From: Lachnoclostridium sp. An14
GTDB taxonomy: Bacteria; Bacillota; Clostridia; Lachnospirales; Lachnospiraceae
Direction of reading: 5' to 3'
DNA: 64,000 bases
Assembly: GCF_002160755.1 (NCBI RefSeq)
Contig: NZ_NFLE01000013.1
Span: 11,906-75,905, forward strand
Position 1 is the first letter of the stretch; each line of letters starts with the position of its first letter. Position numbers and translations under genes: made by a program. This document shows, in pieces, positions 51,611 through 60,311 of this stretch. A model generated the notes under the pieces. The model worked only from the letters and a program-made list of their open reading frames with translations. It did no database searches and was not told the DNA's origin.

Positions 51611-52594
51611 ATGGAAACATTAAAAAAGGTAACCGGATTTGTAAGCCGAAATATGGCAGTGATCGTGATCGCTGTGGCGGCCCTGGCGCTGTTTGCACCC
51701 TCCACCGTCAGCTTTTTAAAGACCAGCTACGTCAATCCCCTGCTTGGCATCGTGATGTTCGGCATGGGACTGACCCTGAAACCGGGAGATTTTAAGGTAG
51801 TGTTCAGCCGCCCGAAGGACGTGGTCATCGGCTGCATCGCCCAGTTTACGGTGATGCCTCTGCTGGCCTTCGGCCTGACGAAACTCTTTGGCCTCTCCCC
51901 GGAGTTGGCCATCGGCGTGATCCTGGTGGGAACCTGCCCCGGCGGCACTTCCTCCAACGTGATGACCTACCTGTCCAAGGGAGATGTGCCCCTGTCTGTG
52001 GGAATGACGGCTGTTTCCACGGTGCTCGCTCCCTTCCTCACCCCCTTCCTCACCTACGTTTACGCAGGCGCCAGGGTGGACGTGGATATGATGAGTATGT
52101 TTGTCTCCATCGTGCAGGTGGTGATCGTGCCCATCGCTGCAGGTTTCGTCATCAACCATTTCTTCCAGAAGTTTACGGAGGCTGTGGTGGAGGTTCTGCC
52201 CCTGGTGTCCACCACCGCCATTGTGGCCATTGTAGCGGCCGTGGTTTCCGCCAACTCCGCCAAGCTTATGACCTCCGGCCTTCTGATCGTGGCCGTGGTA
52301 ATTCTTCACAACGTGCTGGGGTACGTCCTGGGCTACGGCATCGGCAAGGCGTTAAAGCTGGATGTGACCAAGTGCCGCGCCATCTCCATCGAGGTGGGAA
52401 TGCAGAACTCCGGCCTGGCCACCTCCCTGGCGGCCACCCACTTTGCCCAGTATCCCCTGGCCACCATTCCAGGGGCGGTGTTCAGCGTGTGGCATAACGT
52501 GTCCGGAGCCATTCTGGCAAACTTCTTTGCGAGAAACGCGGAAGGTCAGAAGAATGAGAGTGCCGCGGGCACCGAAAGGACGGCCCAGGCGTAA
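51611..52594 (+). CDS. Bile acid:sodium symporter (BASS/SBF) family transporter
   Basis: 327 aa, ~10 TM helices, …GLTLKPGDF…VILVGTCPGGTSSNVMTYL… is typical of BASS/Acr3-related sodium symporters. RBS AAAAGGAG. Confidence 0.85.
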   Translation: METLKKVTGFVSRNMAVIVIAVAALALFAPSTVSFLKTSYVNPLLGIVMFGMGLTLKPGDFKVVFSRPKDVVIGCIAQFTVMPLLAFGLTKLFGLSPELAIGVILVGTCPGGTSSNVMTYLSKGDVPLSVGMTAVSTVLAPFLTPFLTYVYAGARVDVDMMSMFVSIVQVVIVPIAAGFVINHFFQKFTEAVVEVLPLVSTTAIVAIVAAVVSANSAKLMTSGLLIVAVVILHNVLGYVLGYGIGKALKLDVTKCRAISIEVGMQNSGLATSLAATHFAQYPLATIPGAVFSVWHNVSGAILANFFARNAEGQKNESAAGTERTAQA

Positions 52595-52986
52595 GGAAGG
52601 ACGGGACGGAAAGCGGCCCGCTGCCATGAAAAATTTGTTACAGAAATTTGTTATAGAAAACGGTTATAGGAATCTGCCGTAGAAATTTGTCCTGGAGATC
52701 TGGTGACATGACGGCAGCAGGAGAGGAAACGGACTGTCTGATCCGCGGAGAAATGGGCCGCGGGCGGGCAGTCCGTTTTGCGCGGAGCCGGGAGGCGGGA
52801 AACGCGGGAGGGGATGGGGGAGATGCTGCGGAGAATTTGGTGGCATTTAAAATGCTTTTAAACAAAATTGCTGAAATAACTCTTAAATAAAAATGACATC
52901 TTTTTTTGAGAAAATAGTTGACATATACCAATAACAGAGGTATAGTTAACATATGCCAATAATATCCTGGAAGAAGGAGGACACAG

Positions 52987-53748
52987 ATGGCGAGACCGGT
53001 AAAGGGAAAGCAGGTGGAGCGGCTGCCCAGATACAGCCGTTTTCAAGCGGAAGGCAGGGGAGAAACGAGCCATGGGATCCGGATGGCGGTGGAGGAGTAC
53101 GAGACGATCCGTCTCATCGACTATCTGGAGCTGACCCAGGAGGAGTGCGCTGTCCGTATGGGCGTAGGCCGCGGGACGGTGCAGAGCCTGTACGCGTCCG
53201 CCAGGAAAAAGCTGGCCAGGTTTCTGGTGGAGGGAGCCGGGCTGGTGATCGACGGCGGTGAGTTTGTGCTGCGCGGGCCGGAGCATCCGGCCGTTTCCGG
53301 GATAGGGCCGGCAGGGAAAGGAGATTTTACGATGAAAATTGCAGTGACATATGAAAATGGAGAGGTATTCCAGCATTTCGGACATTCGGAACAGTTTAAG
53401 ATTTACGAGACGGAGAACGGGGCCATCGTCTCCTCCCAGGTAGTGGATACCAACGGCAGCGGCCACGGCGCCCTGGCCGGTTTCCTGGCGGACAGAGGGG
53501 TGGAGGTGCTCATCTGCGGCGGCATCGGAATGGGAGCGAAAAACGCCCTGGCAGAGGCCGGCATCCGCTTATACCCCGGGGCTTCCGGCGACGCGGACCG
53601 TCAGGTGGAGGCGTTCTTAGCAGGCAGCCTGTCCTACAATCCGGATACCCAGTGCAGCCATCATCACGGCCACGGCGAGGGACACTCCTGTGGGGAGCAC
53701 GAAGGCCACGGACATAGCTGCGGCGGCCACGGACACACCTGCGGCTGA
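52987..53748 (+). CDS. Fusion of a DUF134 (UPF0251) putative DNA-binding domain with a NifX/NifB-type dinitrogenase FeMo-cofactor-binding (Nitro_FeMo-Co) domain and a His/Cys-rich C-terminal tail
   Basis: N-terminus MARPVKGKQVERLPRYSRF…ETIRLIDYLELTQEECAVRMGVGRGTVQSLYASARKKLA (DUF134 pattern). From MKIAVTYENGEVFQHFGHSEQFKIYE…GVEVLICGGIGMGA it is NifX-like. The tail is …CSHHHGHGEGHSCGEHEGHGHSCGGHGHTCG. A strong internal RBS (AAAGGAG) 9 nt before ATG 53332 suggests the second domain can also be made alone. There is no in-frame stop between the domains. Confidence 0.65.
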   Translation: MARPVKGKQVERLPRYSRFQAEGRGETSHGIRMAVEEYETIRLIDYLELTQEECAVRMGVGRGTVQSLYASARKKLARFLVEGAGLVIDGGEFVLRGPEHPAVSGIGPAGKGDFTMKIAVTYENGEVFQHFGHSEQFKIYETENGAIVSSQVVDTNGSGHGALAGFLADRGVEVLICGGIGMGAKNALAEAGIRLYPGASGDADRQVEAFLAGSLSYNPDTQCSHHHGHGEGHSCGEHEGHGHSCGGHGHTCG

Positions 53749-53797
53749 TGAAAGTGGCGGCGGCCAGAACCCGCTGAGAATAAAGAACGAAGACAAA

Positions 53798-53842
53798 ACG
53801 TACCGGCAGAACCTGAAAAAGGCGTTGCCGGTACGTTTTTGT
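53798..53842 (+). terminator. Rho-independent terminator after the DUF134/NifX-like gene
   Basis: ACGTACCGGCA…TGCCGGTACGT followed by TTTTTG. Confidence 0.8.
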
Positions 53843-53981
53843 CCGTGGTGGACGTACGTTCGGAAGGGATGAGTGGAGGGAGGACGCAGGGCTTATTTTG
53901 CGGTGCAGGCCGGAAAATGCTTTGCGCCGTCCCGTTTTTGCGGTATAATGGGGAAAGCGTTTTAAAGGGGGAACAGATGAG

Positions 53982-54911
53982 ATGACAGCAGTAATCACAG
54001 AAAAAATCATGGAGATGGTATTTTTGCTGGCGGTGGGAGCCGCCGTGCTGAAAACTGGGGTGATCGACGGGGCAGCGAATAAGAAACTGTCCAACTTTCT
54101 CCTTATGGTGGTTTCCCCGGCCCTGATCATCAGCTCCTATCAGATGGAGTTTGAGCCCCGTCTGCTCACGGAGCTGCTGCTCACCGTTGCCCTGTCGGCG
54201 GTGAGTTTCGCGGCCATCATTTTTCTGTGCCATTTCATTCTCCCGCCCCGTCCGGGGTTAGACAGCCCGGTGGAGAAGATGGCGGTGATTTACTCCAACT
54301 GCGGCTTTATCGGCATTCCCCTGATCAACGGCATCCTGGGGGCGGAAGGGGTGTTCTGCATGACCGCCTACACCACCGTCTTCAACGTGCTGGTGTGGAC
54401 CCACGGGGTGATCCTTATGAGCGGAGGCGGGGAGCACGTGCGGGTTCGGGATATGTGGAGAAACCTGGTCACTCCGGCGGTGATCGCCGTGGTGACCGGC
54501 CTGTGCCTGTTTCTGACCGGGACCAGGCTGCCGGAGGTGGTGGCAAACCCCATTTCCAGCGTGGGAAATATGAATACCCCCATCGCCATGATCGTGGCGG
54601 GGGCGAACCTGGCCCAGGGCAACCTTCTGGACAGCTTAAGGAAGGTCCGGGTGTACTACATCAGCTTTTTAAAACTTCTGGTGGCCCCGGCGGTGACGGC
54701 TCTGCTGTTATTTGTGCTTTCCCCCAGCTTTCCCGTGTCCCTGACCATTTTCATCGCCGCCGCCTGCCCGGCCGGCGCCATGGGCACCATGTTTGCCCTC
54801 CGCTACAACCGGGACAGCGGCTACGCGTCGGAGCTCTTTGCCGTCTCCACCCTGCTGTCCATGGTGACCATCCCCCTGCTCTCCGCGGCGGTGCTGCCGT
54901 TTTTTGTTTAA
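53982..54911 (+). CDS. AEC-family (auxin efflux carrier / Mem_trans) transporter
   Basis: 309 aa, 8-10 TM helices, typical AEC N- and C-terminal repeat halves. Its stop codon TAA (54909-54911) lies inside hairpin A of repeat copy 5. Confidence 0.85.
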   Translation: MTAVITEKIMEMVFLLAVGAAVLKTGVIDGAANKKLSNFLLMVVSPALIISSYQMEFEPRLLTELLLTVALSAVSFAAIIFLCHFILPPRPGLDSPVEKMAVIYSNCGFIGIPLINGILGAEGVFCMTAYTTVFNVLVWTHGVILMSGGGEHVRVRDMWRNLVTPAVIAVVTGLCLFLTGTRLPEVVANPISSVGNMNTPIAMIVAGANLAQGNLLDSLRKVRVYYISFLKLLVAPAVTALLLFVLSPSFPVSLTIFIAAACPAGAMGTMFALRYNRDSGYASELFAVSTLLSMVTIPLLSAAVLPFFV

Positions 54912-54985
54912 CAGGAAACAGTGCTTCCTGTTAAACAAAAATGCTCCGCAAGGAGGCGCACTCCGCGCCAAGCGCGCACTTTTTT
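54903..54985. repeat. Intergenic palindromic repeat element, copy 5 (A + truncated B/C)
   Basis: GTTTAACAGGAAACagtgCTTCCTGTTAAAC + aaaaatgctccgcaaggaggcgcactccgcgccaagcgcgcactttttta. Confidence 0.8.
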
Positions 54986-55023
54986 AGGTGAGGACGGGAC
55001 GGATCACGCCTTCTGTAAAAACC

Positions 55024-55052
55024 CTTGACAAACCCCATGCCCGTGACTATAA
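55024..55052 (+). promoter_or_regulatory. Sigma-A promoter of the thrS T-box leader
   Basis: TTGACA -17- TATAAT, consensus spacing. Confidence 0.6.
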
Positions 55053-55059
55053 TCGAACG

Positions 55060-55314
55060 TGAACAGAAAACCCAGAAAAGCGAAGATGGGGACAGTACAG
55101 AGCAGGCAGCCATGCAGAGAGAGGCGCGTTTGGTGCGAGCGCCTTATGGAGGCAGTTTTTGGAAAACCACCCCGGAGCGTCCCTTAATCGGGAACGGTGA
55201 TTCCGTTATCATCAGAAATGAAGTGGTCCGGCGCGCGGCGCGCGGCGGGCAAGCAGGGTGGAACCGCGATGAAAGATCGTCCCTTGCCGTAGGCGCTACG
55301 GCAGGGGACTTTTT
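55060..55314 (+). promoter_or_regulatory. T-box riboswitch leader of thrS (probable Thr/ACC specifier)
   Basis: AGAGAG box; candidate specifier region …GAAAACCACC…; T-box AGGGTGGAACCGCG (55254-55268); terminator GTCCCTTGCCGTAG…CTACGGCAGGGGAC + TTTTT (55279-55314). thrS is T-box-regulated in Firmicutes generally. Confidence 0.75.
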
Positions 55315-55370
55315 ATTATTTAACAGGGAACTGCGTTTCCCGTGACACGAGAGCCTCTGGCGGGATGCGC
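55310..55370. repeat. Intergenic palindromic repeat element, copy 6 (A/A' hybrid + partial B), inside the thrS 5' UTR after the T-box terminator
   Basis: ttatttaacagggaactgcgtttcccgtgacacgagagcctctggcgggatgcgcacattg. Confidence 0.7.
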
Positions 55371-55409
55371 ACATTGTTGCTTTATTTGTTTTCAGAGAGG
55401 AGAGATACC

Positions 55410-57344
55410 ATGAAAATTACGTTAAAAGACGGCTCCGTAAAGGAGTACGGACAGTCCATGGCTGTCATTGACATTGCGAGAGACTTAAGCGAGGGGCTGG
55501 CCAGAGTGGCCTGCGCCGGCGAGGTAAACGGCGAGGTGGTGGACCTGCGCACGGTGGTAGACCAGGACGCCCAGGTAAACATTCTCACCGCAAACGACGA
55601 GGGCGGACTTTCCACCCTGCGCCACACCGCCAGCCATGTGATGGCCCAGGCCATCAAGCGCCTGTACCCGAATACCAAGCTGGCCATTGGCCCGTCCATC
55701 TCCGACGGTTTCTACTATGACGTGGATCCGGAGAACCCCCTTACGGCCGACGATATGGCAAAGATTGAGGGAGAGATGAAAAAGATCGTGAAGGAGGCCC
55801 TTCCCATCGAGCGTTTCACCCTTCCCAGGGAGGAGGCCATCGCCCTGATGAAGGAGAAGGACGAGCCCTACAAGGTGGAGCTTATCGAGGACCTTCCGGA
55901 GGGAGAGGAGATCAGCTTTTACAGACAGGGCGAGTTTACGGACCTGTGCGCCGGCCCTCACCTGATGAACACCAAGGATCTGGGCAAGGCCTATAAGCTG
56001 ATGAACCTGGCAGGCGCCTACTGGAGAGGCAGCGAGAAGAATAAGATGCTCACCCGCGTGTACGCCACGGCGTTTGCGAAGAAGGCAGATTTAGAGGCCT
56101 ACATCACCATGATGGAGGAGGCCAAAAAGAGAGACCACAGAAAGATCGGCAAGGAGCTGGGCCTGTTTATGATGCACGAGGCCGGTCCTGGATTCCCCTT
56201 CTTCCTTCCCAAGGGAATGGTGTTAAAGAACACCCTGTTAGATTACTGGAGAGAGATTCACCGCAAGGCGGGCTACGTGGAGATTTCCACCCCCATCATC
56301 TTAAACAGGAGCCTGTGGGAGACCTCCGGCCACTGGGATCACTATAAGGAGAATATGTACACCACCGTCATCGACGGCGAGGACTACGCCATTAAGCCCA
56401 TGAACTGCCCCGGCGGCGTGCTGGTATACGCCTCCGAGCCCCGTTCCTACAGAGACCTGCCCCTGCGCATGGGCGAGCTGGGACTGGTACACCGCCACGA
56501 GAAATCCGGCCAGCTTCACGGCCTGATGCGGGTGCGCTGCTTTACCCAGGACGACGCTCACATTTTCATGACGCCGGAGCAGATCAAGGACGAGATCAAA
56601 GGCGTTGCCAACTTAATCGACCAGGTGTATTCCCTGTTCGGGTTCAAGTACCATGTGGAACTCTCCACCAGACCGGAGGACAGCATGGGAAGCGACGAGG
56701 ACTGGGAGATGGCTACGGACGGCCTGAGAAGTGCCTTGGACGAGCTGGGACTTCCCTACGTGGTAAACGAGGGCGACGGCGCGTTCTACGGCCCGAAGAT
56801 CGACTTCCATCTGGAGGACTGCATCGGCCGTACCTGGCAGTGCGGAACCATCCAGCTGGATTTCCAGCTGCCCCAGCGGTTTGAGCTGGAGTACACGGGA
56901 GCGGACGGGGAGAAACACCGCCCCATCATGATTCACCGGGTGGCCTTCGGCTCCATCGAGCGGTTTATCGGCATTCTGATCGAGCACTTCGCAGGGGCCT
57001 TCCCCACCTGGCTGGCTCCGGTGCAGGTAAAGGTTCTGCCCATCTCCGATAAGCATATGGCTTACGCGGAGGAAGTGACGAAGACTCTGTTTGACGCCGG
57101 TATCCGCGCGGAGGTGGATACCCGTTCCGAGAAGATCGGCTACAAGATCCGCGAGGCGCAGATGATGAAGATTCCCTATATGCTGGTGGTTGGCCAGAAA
57201 GAGGAGGAGGAGAAGACCGTTTCCGTGAGGAGCCGGTTTGCCGGTGACGAGGGCAGCCTGGAGCTGGCGGCTTTCATTGCGAAACTCCAGGAGGAAATCG
57301 CCTCCAGAACGAACCGTCCCGTAGAGAAGGCGGAGGAGAAATAA
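55410..57344 (+). CDS. thrS: Threonine--tRNA ligase
   Basis: MKITLKDGSVKEYGQ… TGS domain, editing domain, class II core motifs, anticodon-binding domain; ~644 aa. Start at ATG 55410 (RBS GAGAGGAGAGA); the ORF is open from 55365. Confidence 0.95.
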   Translation: MKITLKDGSVKEYGQSMAVIDIARDLSEGLARVACAGEVNGEVVDLRTVVDQDAQVNILTANDEGGLSTLRHTASHVMAQAIKRLYPNTKLAIGPSISDGFYYDVDPENPLTADDMAKIEGEMKKIVKEALPIERFTLPREEAIALMKEKDEPYKVELIEDLPEGEEISFYRQGEFTDLCAGPHLMNTKDLGKAYKLMNLAGAYWRGSEKNKMLTRVYATAFAKKADLEAYITMMEEAKKRDHRKIGKELGLFMMHEAGPGFPFFLPKGMVLKNTLLDYWREIHRKAGYVEISTPIILNRSLWETSGHWDHYKENMYTTVIDGEDYAIKPMNCPGGVLVYASEPRSYRDLPLRMGELGLVHRHEKSGQLHGLMRVRCFTQDDAHIFMTPEQIKDEIKGVANLIDQVYSLFGFKYHVELSTRPEDSMGSDEDWEMATDGLRSALDELGLPYVVNEGDGAFYGPKIDFHLEDCIGRTWQCGTIQLDFQLPQRFELEYTGADGEKHRPIMIHRVAFGSIERFIGILIEHFAGAFPTWLAPVQVKVLPISDKHMAYAEEVTKTLFDAGIRAEVDTRSEKIGYKIREAQMMKIPYMLVVGQKEEEEKTVSVRSRFAGDEGSLELAAFIAKLQEEIASRTNRPVEKAEEK

Positions 57345-57382
57345 AAATCATTTGACCGATCCGGTTTTCATAAAAAATGCGT

Positions 57383-57496
57383 GCATCCGCCGGAGGCTTT
57401 TGTGCTATAGGGAACGCGGTTTCCAATGACATGAACGTGTGCGCAGCTGCGCATACCCACGTCAGCAGCTATCTTCCTCTGCGCGGAGCGCGAAAA
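57383..57496. repeat. Intergenic palindromic repeat element, copy 7 (inverted orientation, mosaic B-C-A'-B)
   Basis: The reverse complement reads cgcgctccgcgcagaggaagatagctgctgacg…tgcgcagctgcgcacacg…ccctatagcacaaaagcctccggcggatgcacgc, matching copies 3, 4 and 8. Confidence 0.75.
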
Positions 57497-57497
57497 A

Positions 57498-57526
57498 ACG
57501 CCCATGAATAAAATGGGCGTTTTTGC
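57498..57526. terminator. Bidirectional-looking intrinsic terminator (thrS 3' side)
   Basis: AAAAAACGCCCAT-gaataaa-ATGGGCGTTTTTG: an 8-bp GC-rich stem flanked by an A-run 5' and a T-run 3'. Confidence 0.7.
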
Positions 57527-57577
57527 ATATCCTAAGGGTGTTTCAGACAATATTCATCACCGAAGGAGGAATGTGCG

Positions 57578-57892
57578 ATGACAAAGCTGGACTGTAATGT
57601 GACAAGCTGCGTGCATAACGCGGACAACTGCTGCTGCAAGCAGGAGATCATCGTGGAGGGCAGCTCCGCCAACAAGCGCTGCGACACCTGCTGCGGCAGT
57701 TTCGACGAGAGCAGGGACGGTTCCTTTAAAAATATGTTCAAGTCCCCGGAAAGCCGCCTGGAAATCGAGTGTGAGGCGGTAAACTGCGTGTACAACGCCA
57801 GCCGGCGCTGCACCGCGGACCGTGTGGGAATCACCGGCCTGGGGGCCAGCAAGGCGGGAGACACGGAGTGCTCCACCTTTAAAGCCAGATAG
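57578..57892 (+). CDS. DUF1540-family Cys-rich small protein (two repeats of the C-x-V-x-xC-x-H/Y-N … C-x-x-x-x-I-x-V-x-G motif)
   Basis: 104 aa; MTKLDCNVTSCVHNADNCCCKQEIIVEGSSA…RCDTCCGSF… and a second repeat …IECEAVNCVYNASRRCTADRVGITG…TECSTFK; RBS GAAGGAGG. Confidence 0.75.
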   Translation: MTKLDCNVTSCVHNADNCCCKQEIIVEGSSANKRCDTCCGSFDESRDGSFKNMFKSPESRLEIECEAVNCVYNASRRCTADRVGITGLGASKAGDTECSTFKAR

Positions 57893-57964
57893 GAGACTGG
57901 AAAGCAATAGGACGAAAAATCAGGAAAGCGGGGCTGTTTCGCGGATTGCTGCGGGGCGGCTCCG

Positions 57965-58100
57965 TTTTGTCATGTCATAATAGGAAAAAGCGTCCCCCTA
58001 TGACACAAAAGCCTCCGGCGGGAGGCGCATTCCGCAGGGAGGAAACTGGCCGCTGCCGCAGCCGCGCTCCGGCGCGCGTGTGCGCTGCTGCGCACACTTT
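57965..58100. repeat. Intergenic palindromic repeat element, copy 8 (A'+B+C)
   Basis: catgtcataataggaaaaagcgtcccctatgacacaaaag + cctccggcgggaggcgcattccgcagggaggaaactggccgctgccgcagcc + gcgctccggcgcgcgtgtgcgctgctgcgcacactttttg. Confidence 0.85.
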
Positions 58101-58304
58101 TTGTGTTTTCCGGGCGCGGAAGGGCTGTTGGAAAAAGAAAAAGGGGACGGCGTCGCGGCCGTTTCCGGGCGGGGGCCGCTATCTGTTGGAAATTTGATAA
58201 AATTTTCTGATTTTTGTGATGGGTCACAGTGAAATCCGGTACACAAATGGAGTAGAATAAAGTATAATCAGAATAAAGCATAAATGCGGGAAGGGGGTAA
58301 GAGG

Positions 58305-59135
58305 ATGATCAGGATTCTGACGCTCATGGAAAACCGGATGGGAGAGCACAAAGGGCTGACAGCGGAGCACGGCCTGTCCTTTCTGATTGAGGGGGACGGG
58401 AAACGGATCCTTTTTGACTGCGGCAGCGGGGAGAACACCCTGAAAAATGCCGTGAAGCTGAACGTGGATCCGGCATCCGTGGACATTCTGGCCTTCAGCC
58501 ACAGCCATTACGACCACGCCGCCGGCTTTCTCAGCCTGGCGGAGCAGGGCCTGCGGGCGGAAACGTACATAGGGGAAGGATTTTTCCAGGAAAAGTACGC
58601 AGACTGCGGACAGGGAAAATACACCTACCTGGGCTGCGGCTTTTCCGAGGCGTATTTAAGGGACCATGTCTCCTCCCTCACAGTAAACCAGGGAACGGTG
58701 CGTCTGACGGACCACTGTGTGCTGGAGACGTCATTTCCCCGCGTCCATGCCTTTGAGCAGGTTCCGTCCCGTTTCGTGAAATGGGATGGGAAGGAGATGG
58801 CGCAGGACCTTTTTGAGGATGAACAGTGCCTGGTGCTGGATTTGGGAGAGGAGATCGCCGTGGTGGTGGGCTGCAGCCATCCGGGGATCCTAAATATGCT
58901 GTCTGAGGTGCGCCGCCGCTGGCAAAAGCCCATCTGCGCCGTGCTGGGCGGCACCCATCTGGTGGAGGCGGACGAGGAACGGACCAGGCAGACCATCCGG
59001 GAAATGAAGGCCATGGGGATCCGGAACCTGGGCTTAAACCACTGCTCCGGCGCCCAGGCGGAGGAATGGATCGACCAGGACGAGACGGTGATCCACACCC
59101 ACCTGTCGGTGGGGGCCTGTATGTTTATGGAGTAA
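58305..59135 (+). CDS. MBL-fold metallo-hydrolase
   Basis: …ILAFSHSHYDHAAG… (HxHxDH metal-binding motif); ~276 aa from ATG 58305 (the ORF is open from 58284). Confidence 0.85.
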   Translation: MIRILTLMENRMGEHKGLTAEHGLSFLIEGDGKRILFDCGSGENTLKNAVKLNVDPASVDILAFSHSHYDHAAGFLSLAEQGLRAETYIGEGFFQEKYADCGQGKYTYLGCGFSEAYLRDHVSSLTVNQGTVRLTDHCVLETSFPRVHAFEQVPSRFVKWDGKEMAQDLFEDEQCLVLDLGEEIAVVVGCSHPGILNMLSEVRRRWQKPICAVLGGTHLVEADEERTRQTIREMKAMGIRNLGLNHCSGAQAEEWIDQDETVIHTHLSVGACMFME

Positions 59136-59168
59136 GGCGCGGATACGAGGGAGAAGGAAGGAGACGGC

Positions 59169-60293
59169 ATGGCGTTTGCGGGATATGCCCAGGACTTTGT
59201 GGAGGCCACTTCCAAGCTGGTGAAGGGAAGAACCATCAATATCATGGACCGGAGAGGCTGCATCGTCGCCTCCACGGAGAAGGAGCGGATCGGCACCTTC
59301 CATGCGGGAGCCTACGAGGTGCTCCAGACGGGGGAGCCGGTGCTGATCTCCGAGGAAAATGTGGAACGCTACCCGGGAGCCAAAAAGGGATACAACCTGC
59401 CCATCTGGAACGGGGACCGGATGGAAGGGGTGATCGGCATTTTCGGAAATCCGGAGGAGGTGGAGGACATCGCGAACCTCCTTCGGGTCTACGTCACCCA
59501 GTATTTTAAGACCCGCACCAGCGCCAGGCGGGAGCGCCTGGAGACGGAGGTACGCCAGCAGATTCTCCTCCGCCTTCTCTCCGGAGAGGAGGCAGAGGAG
59601 GGGATGGACTGGGAAATGTTGGGGGTGCGGCTCCGTTACCCGGCCCGGGTGATGGCGGTGCGCTCCGGCCAGTACCGGCGGGAGACCAGCTCCTATCCCA
59701 GAATTGAAAAGCTGATGTTAGAAAATGCCTTGCTGCGGCCGGAGCGGGATCTTTACGGAATGGTGGGGAACTGCTATATCGCCCTGGTATCCGGCCTTAC
59801 TCAGGAGCGGCTGCCAGCCTATCTGGAAAGCCTGCGGCTGTTTCTGGAGACCAGGGGATTTAAGGAAGTGCGGATCGCCCTGGGAGAGGAATGCGCCGGA
59901 AAGGAACAGGTGCCCATTTCTTATAAGGAAGCAACGGCTCTCTTAAAAGACCGGGATGCAGGAATGGTGTCCTCCATCAGCGACCCCGGCTGCCGGATGC
60001 GGTACTACAAGGCCGTGCTGGCCGGCGGGGAGGCGGAGGCGTTTTTAAACCGGCTCCAGCAGCGGGCCCTGGCCGACATGGACCGGGAAAGCCTGTTTCA
60101 GTGCCTGGACACGGCAAAGGCCTACTACGGCTGGGACCGAAGCGTCCAGAAGGCGGCGCAGCAGCTCCACATCCACAAGAACACGCTGCTGTACCGCATG
60201 GGACGGCTGTATAAATGTCTGGGGCTGGAGGAGGAAGGGGATTACACAAAAGAGTTTTTTATCCGGCTGCTGATTGTGCGGCTGGAGAGATAG
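59169..60293 (+). CDS. CdaR/SdaR-family sugar-diacid regulator (N-terminal diacid-recognition domain, C-terminal PucR-type HTH)
   Basis: …GRTINIMDRRGCIVASTEKERIGTFHAGAYEVL…GYNLPIWNGDRMEGVIGIFGNPEEV… is colinear with the CdaR Diacid_rec domain. C-terminal …HIHKNTLLYRMGRLYKCLG… is an HTH_30. Confidence 0.85.
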   Translation: MAFAGYAQDFVEATSKLVKGRTINIMDRRGCIVASTEKERIGTFHAGAYEVLQTGEPVLISEENVERYPGAKKGYNLPIWNGDRMEGVIGIFGNPEEVEDIANLLRVYVTQYFKTRTSARRERLETEVRQQILLRLLSGEEAEEGMDWEMLGVRLRYPARVMAVRSGQYRRETSSYPRIEKLMLENALLRPERDLYGMVGNCYIALVSGLTQERLPAYLESLRLFLETRGFKEVRIALGEECAGKEQVPISYKEATALLKDRDAGMVSSISDPGCRMRYYKAVLAGGEAEAFLNRLQQRALADMDRESLFQCLDTAKAYYGWDRSVQKAAQQLHIHKNTLLYRMGRLYKCLGLEEEGDYTKEFFIRLLIVRLER

Positions 60294-60311
60294 AAAAAGG
60301 AGGTAGAGAGT

